The position numbers and the translations under genes were made by a program. 32,000 nucleotides of DNA, taken from assembly GCF_037902255.1 (NCBI RefSeq), contig NZ_CP147990.1, positions 1,530,001 through 1,562,000 of the forward strand, given 5' to 3'. Each line of letters begins with the position of its first letter. The first letter of the stretch is position 1. The notes under the pieces are model-generated. The model ran no database searches and was not told the DNA's origin. It worked only from the letters and a program-made list of their open reading frames with translations. Positions 23,295 through 32,000 of the stretch are shown here, one piece after another. The DNA is from Candidatus Electrothrix sp. GW3-4 (GTDB taxonomy: Bacteria > Desulfobacterota > Desulfobulbia > Desulfobulbales > Desulfobulbaceae).

Positions 23295-24878
23295 TTGAAA
23301 CTTAAGTTAACTCTAACGATTAGTAGCTTGCTCTTTATCGGGATGCTGCTGATAAATTTTGTGCTGCTCTTTTTATGGAAACACGATGCCTTGCAAAGTA
23401 AGGCAGAGCATGATCAGGCCGTTCTCGCCCATATCCAGTCTTTATTGGGCAGGGAGAAGGAAACAGCTAAGGGGGCCGTTGTTCAGGAGTTTGTTTTTTC
23501 GGATTTTTACCCATCTTCTGAGAACGGACGTTTTTTTGTCCTGCTGGAAGCAGAAAAGCAGGCAGGGCAGGGAAAAGAAAAAAAGATCCCGGCAAACGGA
23601 AATGACGCGATATCAGCGCTTCTTGCCTCTGCTGCTGTTGAAGCCAGGAGCACCGGTGCGCCAGTGAGCCGTACTGCTGCCTCGTTTTCGTATGGATTAT
23701 TTTGTAATGATCTCCTCGTGAATGCCCGCCCTGTGAAGAAGCAGGGGGCTATTGTCGGGGCAGTTGCTGTTGTTCGGTCGCTGGATTCTCTTTCACAGAC
23801 CCTGTGGGAGGCTGAGAAAACGGTTCTTGTCTATCTCTTGCTTAATGTCCTGGTACTGGGGGCTGTTGGTTTTTTCAGGATGGCAGGGCTGGTTATTCGT
23901 CCTGTTGAACGATTAGTCGCTCTTGCGAACCAATACAGCAATTATGATCCTTTTCGCTTTGCCACAGAGGATTCAGGTGGTGAGTTCGGGAAGTTATCGA
24001 ACAGCCTGAACAGCATGTTGGTCAGGATAGATGAGGATCGCCAGACCTTGGAACACACGGTCACCGCCTTGGAAGTTGCCAACCAGACTCTGAAAAAACA
24101 ACAGCGAGAGATGGTTCGTGCAGAAAAATTGGCGTCAGTAGGTCGGATGGCAGCAGGATTGGCCCATGAGATCGGCAATCCTTTGAGTGTGGTTCAGGGG
24201 TATCTCGGTATTCTGCTCGGCTCAAAGGGGCAGAGTGAGGAGCACAAGGATTTTCTCCGCCGTTCTGAGCTGGAGGTGCAACGGATTGATAAGCTGATCC
24301 GGCAACTCTTGGATTTTTCCAGAGCAGCCAAGGGAAATCCGACGATCTTTTCCCTGCACGAACTGCTCCATTCGGTCCTTGAGATGGTCACGATGCAAAC
24401 GGCCTTTCGGGACATTCGTATTGAGGTCGATTTTGCTGCTGAGGAGGACAGGGTTTATGCCGACTGTGAACAGATGCGTCAGGTCTTGGTTAATTGCCTG
24501 CTCAACAGCGCGGATGCGATTCATATGACAGAGAAGAAGGATGAGGGGGGGAGGAGAGACGGCAGGGTGTCGGTGGTAACCGCCTTGCAATGTCTGTTGG
24601 CCAACGACCTGGGAGGAGAGGACTCTCGGCAGCTTCTTTTGTCTATCAGGGATAACGGGATGGGAATCGCTGCTGAAGATCTGCCTGTTGTTTTTGATCC
24701 CTTTTACACAACCAAGGAACCAGGAAAGGGGACAGGGTTAGGCCTGTCTGTTTCCCGCTCTCTTGTTGAGGCCGCTGGTGGTACAATGGAGTTGCAGGCT
24801 GTACTTGGGCAGGGGAGCAGTATGGTGATTACCTTGCCCCTTGCGTCCTCGAATGACATGGAATTGTCAGGTCAATAA
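23295..24878 (+). CDS. sensor histidine kinase (2 TM, periplasmic domain, HAMP, HisKA, HATPase_c)
   Basis: 527 aa with a TTG start (AGGGA RBS). TM1 TISSLLFIGMLLINFVLLFLW and TM2 VLVYLLLNVLVLGAVGFF. H-box LAHEIGNPL. N/G boxes LLNSADA, RDNGMGI and GTGLGLS. Confidence 0.8.
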   Translation: MKLKLTLTISSLLFIGMLLINFVLLFLWKHDALQSKAEHDQAVLAHIQSLLGREKETAKGAVVQEFVFSDFYPSSENGRFFVLLEAEKQAGQGKEKKIPANGNDAISALLASAAVEARSTGAPVSRTAASFSYGLFCNDLLVNARPVKKQGAIVGAVAVVRSLDSLSQTLWEAEKTVLVYLLLNVLVLGAVGFFRMAGLVIRPVERLVALANQYSNYDPFRFATEDSGGEFGKLSNSLNSMLVRIDEDRQTLEHTVTALEVANQTLKKQQREMVRAEKLASVGRMAAGLAHEIGNPLSVVQGYLGILLGSKGQSEEHKDFLRRSELEVQRIDKLIRQLLDFSRAAKGNPTIFSLHELLHSVLEMVTMQTAFRDIRIEVDFAAEEDRVYADCEQMRQVLVNCLLNSADAIHMTEKKDEGGRRDGRVSVVTALQCLLANDLGGEDSRQLLLSIRDNGMGIAAEDLPVVFDPFYTTKEPGKGTGLGLSVSRSLVEAAGGTMELQAVLGQGSSMVITLPLASSNDMELSGQ

Positions 24879-24954
24879 GAATAAAATATGAAAGTACTGT
24901 TTGGTAAACTCGATCTGTATCTTGCAGGAAAAACTCCCGGAATTCGTGTGATAC

Positions 24955-26367
24955 ATGGATGACACAGCTGGACAGAGTTTAAGGCATGTCCTTGTTGTTG
25001 ATGATGAGGAGAATATGCGCCATATGCTGTCTGTGCTGCTCTCTGGAGAGGGCTATCAGGTGGTGACAGCAGCAGACGGTCAGGAGGCAATCAGGTTCCT
25101 GGAGGTCAGGGCCTTTGATTTTGTTCTCTGTGATATCAGAATGCCGGAGATGGACGGCTTGGCCTTTCTCCAGGCGGCAGAGACAATTACCCATAGCGCC
25201 ACGGTGATTATGATGTCTGCTTTCGGCTCGGTGGATACAGCCCTTGAGGCGATGAAGCAGGGGGCCTATGATTTTATCTCCAAACCGTTCAAGACCGATG
25301 AAGTGGTCCTGGTCTTGAAAAAGGCCGAAGAGCGGGAACGGTTGCGACGGGAGAATATTCGTCTCAAAAGAAAGGTTGCAGAGTTAGAGAAAAACTCCGG
25401 CTTTGGGGCGATGATCGGAAAGAGCTCGGCCATGCAGGAGGTCTTTACCTTGGCCGAAAAGGTGGCTGGCCATCCGACCACTGTTTTGATCACTGGTGAA
25501 TCTGGGACCGGCAAGGAACTGGTTGCGGCGGGTATTCATGCAAAAAGCGGGAGGACGGACAATCCTTTTATTGCAGTGAACTGTGGCAGTATCCCGGAAA
25601 ACCTGTTGGAAAGCGAGTTTTTTGGCTATAAGCGTGGGGCTTTTACTGGCGCAGACCGGGATAAAAAAGGACTTTTTGAAGAGGCCAATAAGGGGACCCT
25701 TTTTCTTGATGAGATCGGTGAGCTTCCCCCGTCTATGCAGGTAAAGCTGTTACGGGTCTTGCAGGAGCAGGAAATCCGACCGGTAGGATCGGCACAGAGA
25801 AAAAAGATTGATGTCCGCATTCTTGCTGCCACAGCCAGGGATATCAGCGAGGAAGTGCAGCAAGGACGTTTTCGCGAAGATCTGTTTTATCGACTCAATG
25901 TGATCAATATCCAGGTCCCGCCGTTGCGTCAACGGATTGAGGATATTCCTGTTCTCTGCGATTATTTTGTGCGAAAATTCACCAAGACCTTGAAGCGGCC
26001 AGATATTGAAGGGGTGGGTAAGCATGCCATGCAGCATCTCCTGACGTATACCTGGCCCGGTAATGTCCGCGAATTAGAAAACGTGCTGGAACGAGCCGTG
26101 ATTCTGACAGAGGGGCATTGTATCCAGCCGGAGAATCTTCCCGACAATATTCAGGGAAATCGTGCTGATAATGTTGCTGATTTTTTGGCCGGGGTTTCCT
26201 CGATAAAAGAGGGGAGAAGGAGAGTAGAGGCGCGGCTTATCCGCCAGGCCCTTGCAAAGACGCAAGGCAATAAGAGTCAGGCGGCACAGATTCTTGAGAT
26301 CAGTTATCCCTCGCTCCTGGGTAAGATTAAGGAGTACAAAGTGAGAGGTGATCAGAAAAACGAGTAG
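24955..26367 (+). CDS. sigma-54-dependent response regulator (NtrC/PilR-like enhancer-binding protein)
   Basis: 470 aa. REC domain (VLVVDDEENM...CDIRMPEMDG). AAA+ domain (GESGTGKE, ESEFFGYKRGAFTGA with the GAFTGA loop). C-terminal Fis-type HTH (GNKSQAAQILEISYPSLLGKIKEY). Confidence 0.9.
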   Translation: MDDTAGQSLRHVLVVDDEENMRHMLSVLLSGEGYQVVTAADGQEAIRFLEVRAFDFVLCDIRMPEMDGLAFLQAAETITHSATVIMMSAFGSVDTALEAMKQGAYDFISKPFKTDEVVLVLKKAEERERLRRENIRLKRKVAELEKNSGFGAMIGKSSAMQEVFTLAEKVAGHPTTVLITGESGTGKELVAAGIHAKSGRTDNPFIAVNCGSIPENLLESEFFGYKRGAFTGADRDKKGLFEEANKGTLFLDEIGELPPSMQVKLLRVLQEQEIRPVGSAQRKKIDVRILAATARDISEEVQQGRFREDLFYRLNVINIQVPPLRQRIEDIPVLCDYFVRKFTKTLKRPDIEGVGKHAMQHLLTYTWPGNVRELENVLERAVILTEGHCIQPENLPDNIQGNRADNVADFLAGVSSIKEGRRRVEARLIRQALAKTQGNKSQAAQILEISYPSLLGKIKEYKVRGDQKNE

Positions 26368-26393
26368 TCAGGAGCGGAAATGGTGCTGGGGTG

Positions 26394-26416
26394 AATTGTA
26401 AAAAAAGTTTACAATT
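26394..26416. promoter_or_regulatory. candidate enhancer (UAS) palindrome for the sigma-54 activator
   Basis: AATTGTAAA-aaaag-TTTACAATT, a perfect 9-bp inverted repeat centred ~125 bp upstream of the candidate -24 element. Confidence 0.3.
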
Positions 26417-26528
26417 ATTCTGGAATGAAGAAAGTAATTTTATAATGTTTAATGCGAGTTGTTGTTGTGTCAGAAAGGGTGTTTCGGTAGTAATTTGATA
26501 TTTAAGTGATAATAATTTATTCCCTTAT

Positions 26529-26544
26529 AGGAATGCCTTTTGCA
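26529..26544 (+). promoter_or_regulatory. candidate sigma-54 (-24/-12) promoter of the minor-pilin operon
   Basis: aGGaAtGccttTTGCA versus the consensus TGGCACG-N4-TTGCW. GG (26530-31) and GC (26542-43) have the canonical spacing. It lies ~110 nt upstream of the first pilin start. Confidence 0.5.
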
Positions 26545-26655
26545 AAAAGAGTAAGTGAGGACGAACTTAGTATGATAAAAGGTTGTGGACCCGATTAAGC
26601 CACACGCCAATTTTCATGATGAGTTGTATTAAGAGAAGTTTAACCGTGTGGTGTG

Positions 26656-27186
26656 ATGAGAATAAAGAACGACATAAGGAGCCAGCAGGGCTTTACTTTT
26701 GCTGAATTAATGATAGTGATTGCCATTATTGGTATATTGAGTGCTATCGGAATACCAAGTTTTTTGCATAGCCTGCCGGAAAAACGTCTGAAAAATGCGG
26801 CGAGAAATCTCTATGCAGATTTACAGAAGGTTAGGCTGTTGGCCGTCAAGGAGAATAAAAATGTAATTATTACCTTTAATACGGCAGCAGGGACCTATTC
26901 GTATAATCAGGATGGAGTAACAAAAAACGTTACCTTAGGTGATTACGGGGCTGTTGCTTATGATTGTGGTCTAACAGATAAAGACTGGCGAAATCCACGG
27001 GTGGATATTCCACTTACCGGCGTAACAGGTAATGTTACCTTTACCAGGCTTGGCGAGAGTTTAAATGGTGAGGCAGATGTTTACCTGCAAAGTCAAAATG
27101 ATGACACAGTTTGCTATGCAGTAAATGTGAGTCGCTTTGGTGCGGTAAAAATCTGGCGATACACGAGTGATACTGATTGGAAATAG
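26656..27186 (+). CDS. type IV minor pilin, GspH/FimT-like (copy 1)
   Basis: Prepilin leader and cleavage motif QQG/FTFAELMIVIAIIGILSAIGIPSF (Glu at +5). The start is ATG 26656, or GTG 26653. Confidence 0.75.
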   Translation: MRIKNDIRSQQGFTFAELMIVIAIIGILSAIGIPSFLHSLPEKRLKNAARNLYADLQKVRLLAVKENKNVIITFNTAAGTYSYNQDGVTKNVTLGDYGAVAYDCGLTDKDWRNPRVDIPLTGVTGNVTFTRLGESLNGEADVYLQSQNDDTVCYAVNVSRFGAVKIWRYTSDTDWK

Positions 27187-27320
27187 CGGAAGCAGATTTT
27201 TTGGAAGCATTTTGTAACAAAGAGAACGCGATACAGAGAAGGATGCGCATTACAGTGGAGAGTGACTTGTTATTATAACTTAAAAGAGTAGACGCGATGA
27301 ATTCGCAAGGTAGGTATGTC

Positions 27321-27872
27321 ATGAAACGGTTTAGTTACGCTAAGCAGGGAGTTCACGGATTTACCTTGGTGGAATTAATGTTGGTAATTTCTCTGTTTGC
27401 AGTGTTATCAGCAGCGAGTATACCTAGCCTCTTAAGAGGGGTACCTGAAAAGCGACTGAAAAGTGCTGTGCGAAATGTATATGCCGATCTACAAAAGGCG
27501 AGACTTCTTGCTGTGAAGAAAAATAAAAAAGTGATTGTTCGATTTAATGAGACCGATGGTTACTATTATATTGACGAAGATGAAAAGGATACTGCTGGGT
27601 ATAAAGAATGGAATCCTGATGAGATGAGGAGAGATTTAGCTGATTACGGTGGGGTGATATACGGGAAGGGGAGTGCTGAAAAGAATTGGAATAACGATGT
27701 GATTAACCGTGTTGTGCCATATAATGATATCAGTTTTAAAACAACTGGAACCGCAACACAAGCTAGTGTTTATCTGCAATATCAGGATGAAAATAATATA
27801 ACCTATGCTGTCACAACAACAAATTATGGGACAGTTAAGGTGAGAAAATTCAGCGGTTCGGCTTGGGAGTGA
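27321..27872 (+). CDS. type IV minor pilin, GspH/FimT-like (copy 2, tandem paralog)
   Basis: MKRFSYAKQGVHG/FTLVELMLVISLFAVL. PEKRLKSAVRNVYADLQKARLLAVKKNKKVIVRFN parallels PEKRLKNAARNLYADLQKVRLLAVKENKNVIITFN in copy 1. The AAGGTAGG RBS favours ATG 27321 over 27297. Confidence 0.75.
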   Translation: MKRFSYAKQGVHGFTLVELMLVISLFAVLSAASIPSLLRGVPEKRLKSAVRNVYADLQKARLLAVKKNKKVIVRFNETDGYYYIDEDEKDTAGYKEWNPDEMRRDLADYGGVIYGKGSAEKNWNNDVINRVVPYNDISFKTTGTATQASVYLQYQDENNITYAVTTTNYGTVKVRKFSGSAWE

Positions 27873-28666
27873 TGAGTATGCAGAGGCAACGGAGAGAAAA
27901 GCAGGGAAACGGGTTCACCTTTATTGAACTTATGGTCTCTATGGTGATCGCTAGTTTTGTATTCGCTGGCATTTACGGGGTGTATACCATTCAACAGCGA
28001 AGCTACACTGTGCAGGAGCAGGTCAGTGAAATGCAGCAGAAAGGCAGGGCTGCTTTGGACTATATGGTGCGGGATATTCGGATGGCTGGCTACAACGATC
28101 CCAATGGTGGATGCACGAGCAGGAATATAACGAGTTGGAATAATTGGGTTGCTCAGCCTGCTACTCTTACCTTTGACACATGTAATCCCGTGACGAATAA
28201 TCAAGAAACCATAAGATACGATCTTTTAGGTAATACTCTCAGACGAACTGTCGACAGTGGCACTGCCCAAACAATCGCAGAAGATGTTGAGGCCATAGAA
28301 TTTTACTATGCACTTGAGAGTAATACTACCCCAGGGACCATGCAAAGTCCTTCTGTGACTTCAGTTACAGGGGTGAATAATATACAGAGGATTCGTTCTG
28401 TCCAGATTTCTTTACTGATTCGGTCAACTTTTCCTGATCGTAAATATAGGGATGAAATCCTGTATCAGCCAGGATCAGTTCTTGATCCTAATAATATTCC
28501 AGCTCCTCCTGCCTGGGATATTAACGAGGGAGCAACGGATACGAACGGGACCGGAAATCCGCCGACCATAGATCCTGATGGCTGCGATGATGAATTGGAC
28601 CGGTGTCATTATCATCGCCGGCTTTTGATCACAACGGTAAAAATGCGCAATATGGGGCTAGACTAA
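27872..28666 (+). CDS. pilW: type IV pilus minor pilin PilW-like
   Basis: GNG/FTFIELMVSMVIASFVFAGIYGV...QQKGRAALDYMVRDIRMAGY is the PilW signature. The start is ambiguous (TTG 27863, ATG 27872 overlapping the previous TGA, or ATG 27878). Confidence 0.7.
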   Translation: MSMQRQRREKQGNGFTFIELMVSMVIASFVFAGIYGVYTIQQRSYTVQEQVSEMQQKGRAALDYMVRDIRMAGYNDPNGGCTSRNITSWNNWVAQPATLTFDTCNPVTNNQETIRYDLLGNTLRRTVDSGTAQTIAEDVEAIEFYYALESNTTPGTMQSPSVTSVTGVNNIQRIRSVQISLLIRSTFPDRKYRDEILYQPGSVLDPNNIPAPPAWDINEGATDTNGTGNPPTIDPDGCDDELDRCHYHRRLLITTVKMRNMGLD

Positions 28667-29154
28667 TGAAGAAAGAACAGATAACTTGCCAGGATGGTTT
28701 TACCCTGATAGAGACTATGATCGCGATGGCGATTTTTACCATCGGTATCCTCGGCCTTTTCGGCATGCAAAGCTCTGCAATCAAAGAAAATCTTCTTGCG
28801 AACTCCATAACCGGCGGGTCGACCTGGGCTATGGACAGGGTGGAATGGTTATTGAACTTAGATTATGCAAATACTCTTGATACGAATAACAACGGAAATA
28901 GTTGCGGAGGATTGGATGACCGGGGAACGAATGCCGACGGGATGGATACAAGCGGTACTATCGAACCAATTTACAACATTTATTGGAATGTTGCCCGGGG
29001 ATGCACTCTAACCAATGTCCCGATTCCTCCCAGCACTCCTGAGAATCAGATATACAGCCCCAAGCATCTGCGGATTATCGTGACCAGGACGAATAACGGT
29101 TTAGAAAAAGAATTTGCAGTATTTAATTATATTAAACAGAATGTTATCCAGTAG
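28666..29154 (+). CDS. pilV: type IV pilus minor pilin PilV-like
   Basis: MKKEQITCQDG/FTLIETMIAMAIFTIGILGLFGMQ. The ATG overlaps the pilW stop (TAATG). The 28603 start in the ORF track lies inside pilW. Confidence 0.7.
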   Translation: MKKEQITCQDGFTLIETMIAMAIFTIGILGLFGMQSSAIKENLLANSITGGSTWAMDRVEWLLNLDYANTLDTNNNGNSCGGLDDRGTNADGMDTSGTIEPIYNIYWNVARGCTLTNVPIPPSTPENQIYSPKHLRIIVTRTNNGLEKEFAVFNYIKQNVIQ

Positions 29155-29166
29155 CAGAGGTATGTT

Positions 29167-30003
29167 ATGAAAAAGACAATAAATCACCCTAAAGACCAAG
29201 AGGGATTTGTGCTAATTGCTGCCCTACTTATTCTCCTTGTTCTTACGGTTATGGGGATTGCCGTCAACAGGAGTACTATAACAGAGTGGCGGATTGCTAT
29301 GAATGACCGTGAACAAAAAGAGACATTCTATGCAGCAGATGCAGCCACAGAATTGGCCGCAGAGGTGCTGGTGCAGAATATCGCCTGTCAGGGATTTGTT
29401 GAAAATGTCAATGGCATGGTTCTGCCGGGAGTTGATAATGAGCATAATGTCTACCTTAAGGAACATGCAGTGGGGTTTTGGCGTTTTTATGCACCTGACG
29501 GAACCGCCGTTCCATCGTACGGGTTGGATGGATGGATCAGGGATGGAACTTTGCAACCCCAAGCGATACCCCAGGACGGAGTGCCGGACGGTGATTATGA
29601 TTGTGATACAGATGGTAACGGGGTCGGGGATAATGTTGCTATGGATTACCCTTGTAATGGAACCGGTGAAAGTCTGGTACCTGCTTGGGACATCGCCTAT
29701 CCTGCTGCTGTTAATTCGTCAGATCCTGCCACGTTTGATTGGGATACAATGATTGGATCTGAACCTTTTGTTAATAATGAGCCTTTTGTACTTATAAAGA
29801 TTGGTGGTGAGACAAAGGCGAAAACAGGGTCAGCCCTACAAATGGCTGCTGGATACCTTGGCCTTGGGCAGGGGGCTGCGGGCGGTGGTACAGAGCTGAT
29901 ATATGATATCAAGGCTCGGCAACGAGGAAGGAATGGCAGCGAGTCGCTCGTTTGTGTCAAGTATGTACACGTCCTCGGTTCTGCGGGTAATTGTAATTAT
30001 TAA
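29167..30003 (+). CDS. pilX: PilX-like minor pilin (PilX_N-type N-terminus)
   Basis: DQEG/FVLIAALLILLVLTVMGIAVNRSTITEWRIAMNDREQKETFYAADAA, a hydrophobic pilin-like N-terminus lacking Glu5, as is usual for PilX. GAGG RBS. Confidence 0.6.
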   Translation: MKKTINHPKDQEGFVLIAALLILLVLTVMGIAVNRSTITEWRIAMNDREQKETFYAADAATELAAEVLVQNIACQGFVENVNGMVLPGVDNEHNVYLKEHAVGFWRFYAPDGTAVPSYGLDGWIRDGTLQPQAIPQDGVPDGDYDCDTDGNGVGDNVAMDYPCNGTGESLVPAWDIAYPAAVNSSDPATFDWDTMIGSEPFVNNEPFVLIKIGGETKAKTGSALQMAAGYLGLGQGAAGGGTELIYDIKARQRGRNGSESLVCVKYVHVLGSAGNCNY

Positions 30004-30043
30004 GGCGTTGTCGGTGCTGAAACAGAGAGTAGGGAGAGAGATT

Positions 30044-32000
30044 ATGAGAAGAAGGATACGTACGATTCTATATGGCTTGGCAGGCGGTGCAGCATTGCTG
30101 CTCCCGGGCGCCGGGCTGGCCAATGTCTGTAGTCAGGGAACAGGGATCCCTCCCTTTCTGTCTTCCGGGGCGAAGCCTAATTTGCTGATGGTGCTGGATA
30201 ACTCCGGTTCCATGCTGGATGCGGCCTACAGTAAGACGGGGACCATATACAAAGAAGATGCCGATGGGAATCTCGTGCTGGATAACAATGGGGATCCTAT
30301 TCCTCTGGAAAGCTCTGGAGGTACGGACTTGACCTACCAGCGTTGCCTGGATGGGGATTATGATATCAGCGAGTATGATAATAAGGGGATTGAAATTGTC
30401 CCCTCTCTTGCCACTGTTATCGGTTACGAGGAGGCCAAAACATATGGAGGATATTTTAAAAACGATCAATGGTATCAGTGGAAGTGGAACACCGGAGCAT
30501 ATGCCTATTCCTCCTGGCAGAGCGGGCAAACCTATGCGGTCGGAGATCGGGTCTACGACTACGGGAATATCTATGTCGCCACTTCAGCGGGCACGTCCGC
30601 TGGGGATTCTATTGATAAGGACACAGGGGTTGACTGGGATCATCTCTTTTATCTGCCGCGCTGGACGAATAAGACGACCTATGCTGCGGGTTCTTTTGTC
30701 TGGTACGGTAGCCAGTTGTTCTATACCGAAACTGGTGGAACCAGTAATGACCCTGACGATACAGACGGGCTGAACTTATCAGATGACACAGGGATCACGG
30801 ATTGGACCGCAGTTGATTCAACCTGGCAGGCAAAAGCCTATGCAGCAGGAAAGATCGTTACCTACGAGGGAATATATTATCAAGCGCTATCTGATGTCAG
30901 CAGTACAGATGTCAAACCCGGTGAGGATAACGGGGCGAAGTGGCAGAGCTTGCGCCAAGGAGCATTTGAGAAGATTGCTGCGACCGAGGCCTGTTCCGGG
31001 GCCGAGGCAACCGGGACAAAGTATACCCGGTCCAAAGCCTTGTGTCTCACGCTTGACGAGGCGGTGACCCCGAAAAAAGTGACCTCTTTTGCGGCTCTCG
31101 GTAATTTCCTGAATTGGGCCATGGCTTCCAAATTTGATGTTGAAAAGAAAATACTCACTGGCGGCAAGTTTAACTACGATGAAAAGGTCATGGTTGCCGA
31201 ACATCGGGGCTGCTCCGGTTCGCGTTTTCTTAAGCAGGTTAAATTGGACAGCGGAAAATTTCTTTCTTTGGGTGTTCGCGGCTCAAAGTATTCTGCAGAT
31301 GATCCGTTGATGTGGGATCGTATCGATACCACGGACGATACTACCCGGCTGGAGATCCTGGCTGTTACTGATGCGGGCTTTAAACCTTCTGCGGAATGCC
31401 AGGAAATGATTGACACGATTGCAACGAAGGAGCAGAGCGGGGCCAACTGGAGTCAGGCAATCACCGCCTGCCTGGACACCTTTCCGAACCATGATGATGC
31501 AATTTCGCATCAGCGGCCTATGCTGAACCACAGTCTGCAGTTCTGTTCCAAGGTTGACACTGATAATCTGCGTGATATCAGTGTGATTAAGAATGAATGC
31601 GGGGATCTTTACAGGGGAATCCAGACGGCAACGGCCGATCAGCCACCCTATGATCCGTCTGAGCTTGAGCCGGAATTCGGTGCTTATATTTGCTTCGGTA
31701 TCTATGATTCCGCAATATCGCCTGCGGAGCGGGCCGGGTATGTGGGCCGTTGCTGGGAACCGGCCAGCGGTCAGTTTAAGACCTGTGAACCGAAACCCGC
31801 TTCTTTGGAAAATAAATGTTCCGGTGATCCCTGTACCTACACAGACGCTGATGGCAACTTGTATCTGAATGAGACACCGGTCAATGGTGATGTCCGCTAT
31901 AATTATTTATGCGACAGCGTCCTTGTTGATAAAAAGACCGGAGAAAAAAGTTGCAAGACACAGAACGGAGATGAAGCGGGAAGTCGCAAGTACTGGATTC
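30044..32000 (+). CDS. pilY1: PilY1-like large pilus-tip protein (partial, continues beyond the window) with a vWA-type MIDAS and three CBM5/12-like repeats
   Basis: Not in the ORF track because it has no stop. ATG 30044 (GGGAGAG RBS) opens a frame that I translated by hand without stops to position 32000. Signal peptide MRRRIRTILYGLAGGAALLLPGAGLA. PNLLMVLDNSGSM (DxSxS, 30197-30211) is the typical PilY1 N-terminal vWA motif. Confidence 0.65.
   Translation, partial: MRRRIRTILYGLAGGAALLLPGAGLANVCSQGTGIPPFLSSGAKPNLLMVLDNSGSMLDAAYSKTGTIYKEDADGNLVLDNNGDPIPLESSGGTDLTYQRCLDGDYDISEYDNKGIEIVPSLATVIGYEEAKTYGGYFKNDQWYQWKWNTGAYAYSSWQSGQTYAVGDRVYDYGNIYVATSAGTSAGDSIDKDTGVDWDHLFYLPRWTNKTTYAAGSFVWYGSQLFYTETGGTSNDPDDTDGLNLSDDTGITDWTAVDSTWQAKAYAAGKIVTYEGIYYQALSDVSSTDVKPGEDNGAKWQSLRQGAFEKIAATEACSGAEATGTKYTRSKALCLTLDEAVTPKKVTSFAALGNFLNWAMASKFDVEKKILTGGKFNYDEKVMVAEHRGCSGSRFLKQVKLDSGKFLSLGVRGSKYSADDPLMWDRIDTTDDTTRLEILAVTDAGFKPSAECQEMIDTIATKEQSGANWSQAITACLDTFPNHDDAISHQRPMLNHSLQFCSKVDTDNLRDISVIKNECGDLYRGIQTATADQPPYDPSELEPEFGAYICFGIYDSAISPAERAGYVGRCWEPASGQFKTCEPKPASLENKCSGDPCTYTDADGNLYLNETPVNGDVRYNYLCDSVLVDKKTGEKSCKTQNGDEAGSRKYWI

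Noticed and set aside
27200-27225. Second sigma-54-like element (TGGAAGCATTTTGTA) between the two fimT-like genes
   Set aside because: The GG to G(C) spacing is one nt short and the -12 box reads TGT, not TGC. It does not fit the consensus.
1-32000. Search for CRISPR arrays, tRNA/rRNA genes, integrases and cas genes
   Set aside because: No regularly spaced direct repeats, cloverleaf-compatible segments or rRNA-like conserved blocks were seen by eye. Dedicated tools (tRNAscan-SE, Infernal, a CRISPR finder) would be needed for certainty.

Overview
This is a 32-kb chromosomal segment in which every substantive gene but one lies on the + strand. The gene content (HdrA/MvhD/formate-dehydrogenase module, sigma-54 enhancer-binding regulator, type IV minor-pilin operon) suggests an anaerobic Desulfobacterota-like bacterium; this is inference only. 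Layout: (1) 1-2.7 kb holds the tail of an upstream gene, then a patch that looks lower in GC by eye, with an orphan membrane protein, a truncated HAD-like gene and gene remnants. (2) 2.8-11.1 kb holds an hdrA-like gene (1025 aa), mvhD, and a giant 2Fe-2S + GltD-like + FdhA-like fusion (1376 aa, Cys rather than Sec at the active site). (3) 11.1-13.4 kb holds a RelE/ParE-like protein with an acidic tail, a DOMON-like protein and a GT-B glycosyltransferase-like protein. (4) 13.4-20.6 kb is an accessory island. It starts with a 1491-bp IS that has perfect 27-bp inverted repeats and a 9-bp target duplication; its transposase is split by a -1 shift at an A8 run. The IS sits 16 nt upstream of a complete diversity-generating retroelement (DGR): a membrane/TPR-like protein, a secreted caspase + FGE-sulfatase-fold target with a C-terminal VR, an HRDC accessory protein, a DGR-type reverse transcriptase, and a TR that overlaps the RT stop codon. 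Two PD-(D/E)XK Rpn/YhgA-like paralogs follow. (5) 20.7-23.2 kb holds a GYF + TIGR00266 protein (- strand) and a GlcD-like FAD oxidase. (6) 23.3-32 kb holds a sensor kinase, a sigma-54 response regulator, a candidate sigma-54 promoter, and a fimT-like x2 / pilW / pilV / pilX / pilY1-like operon that runs off the window. The top observations are the DGR (all 5 TR/VR flank substitutions fall on TR adenines, none on 78 non-A positions), a 24-nt TR/VR length mismatch, and the IS separating the DGR operon from its putative promoter. No rRNA, tRNA or CRISPR array was seen.
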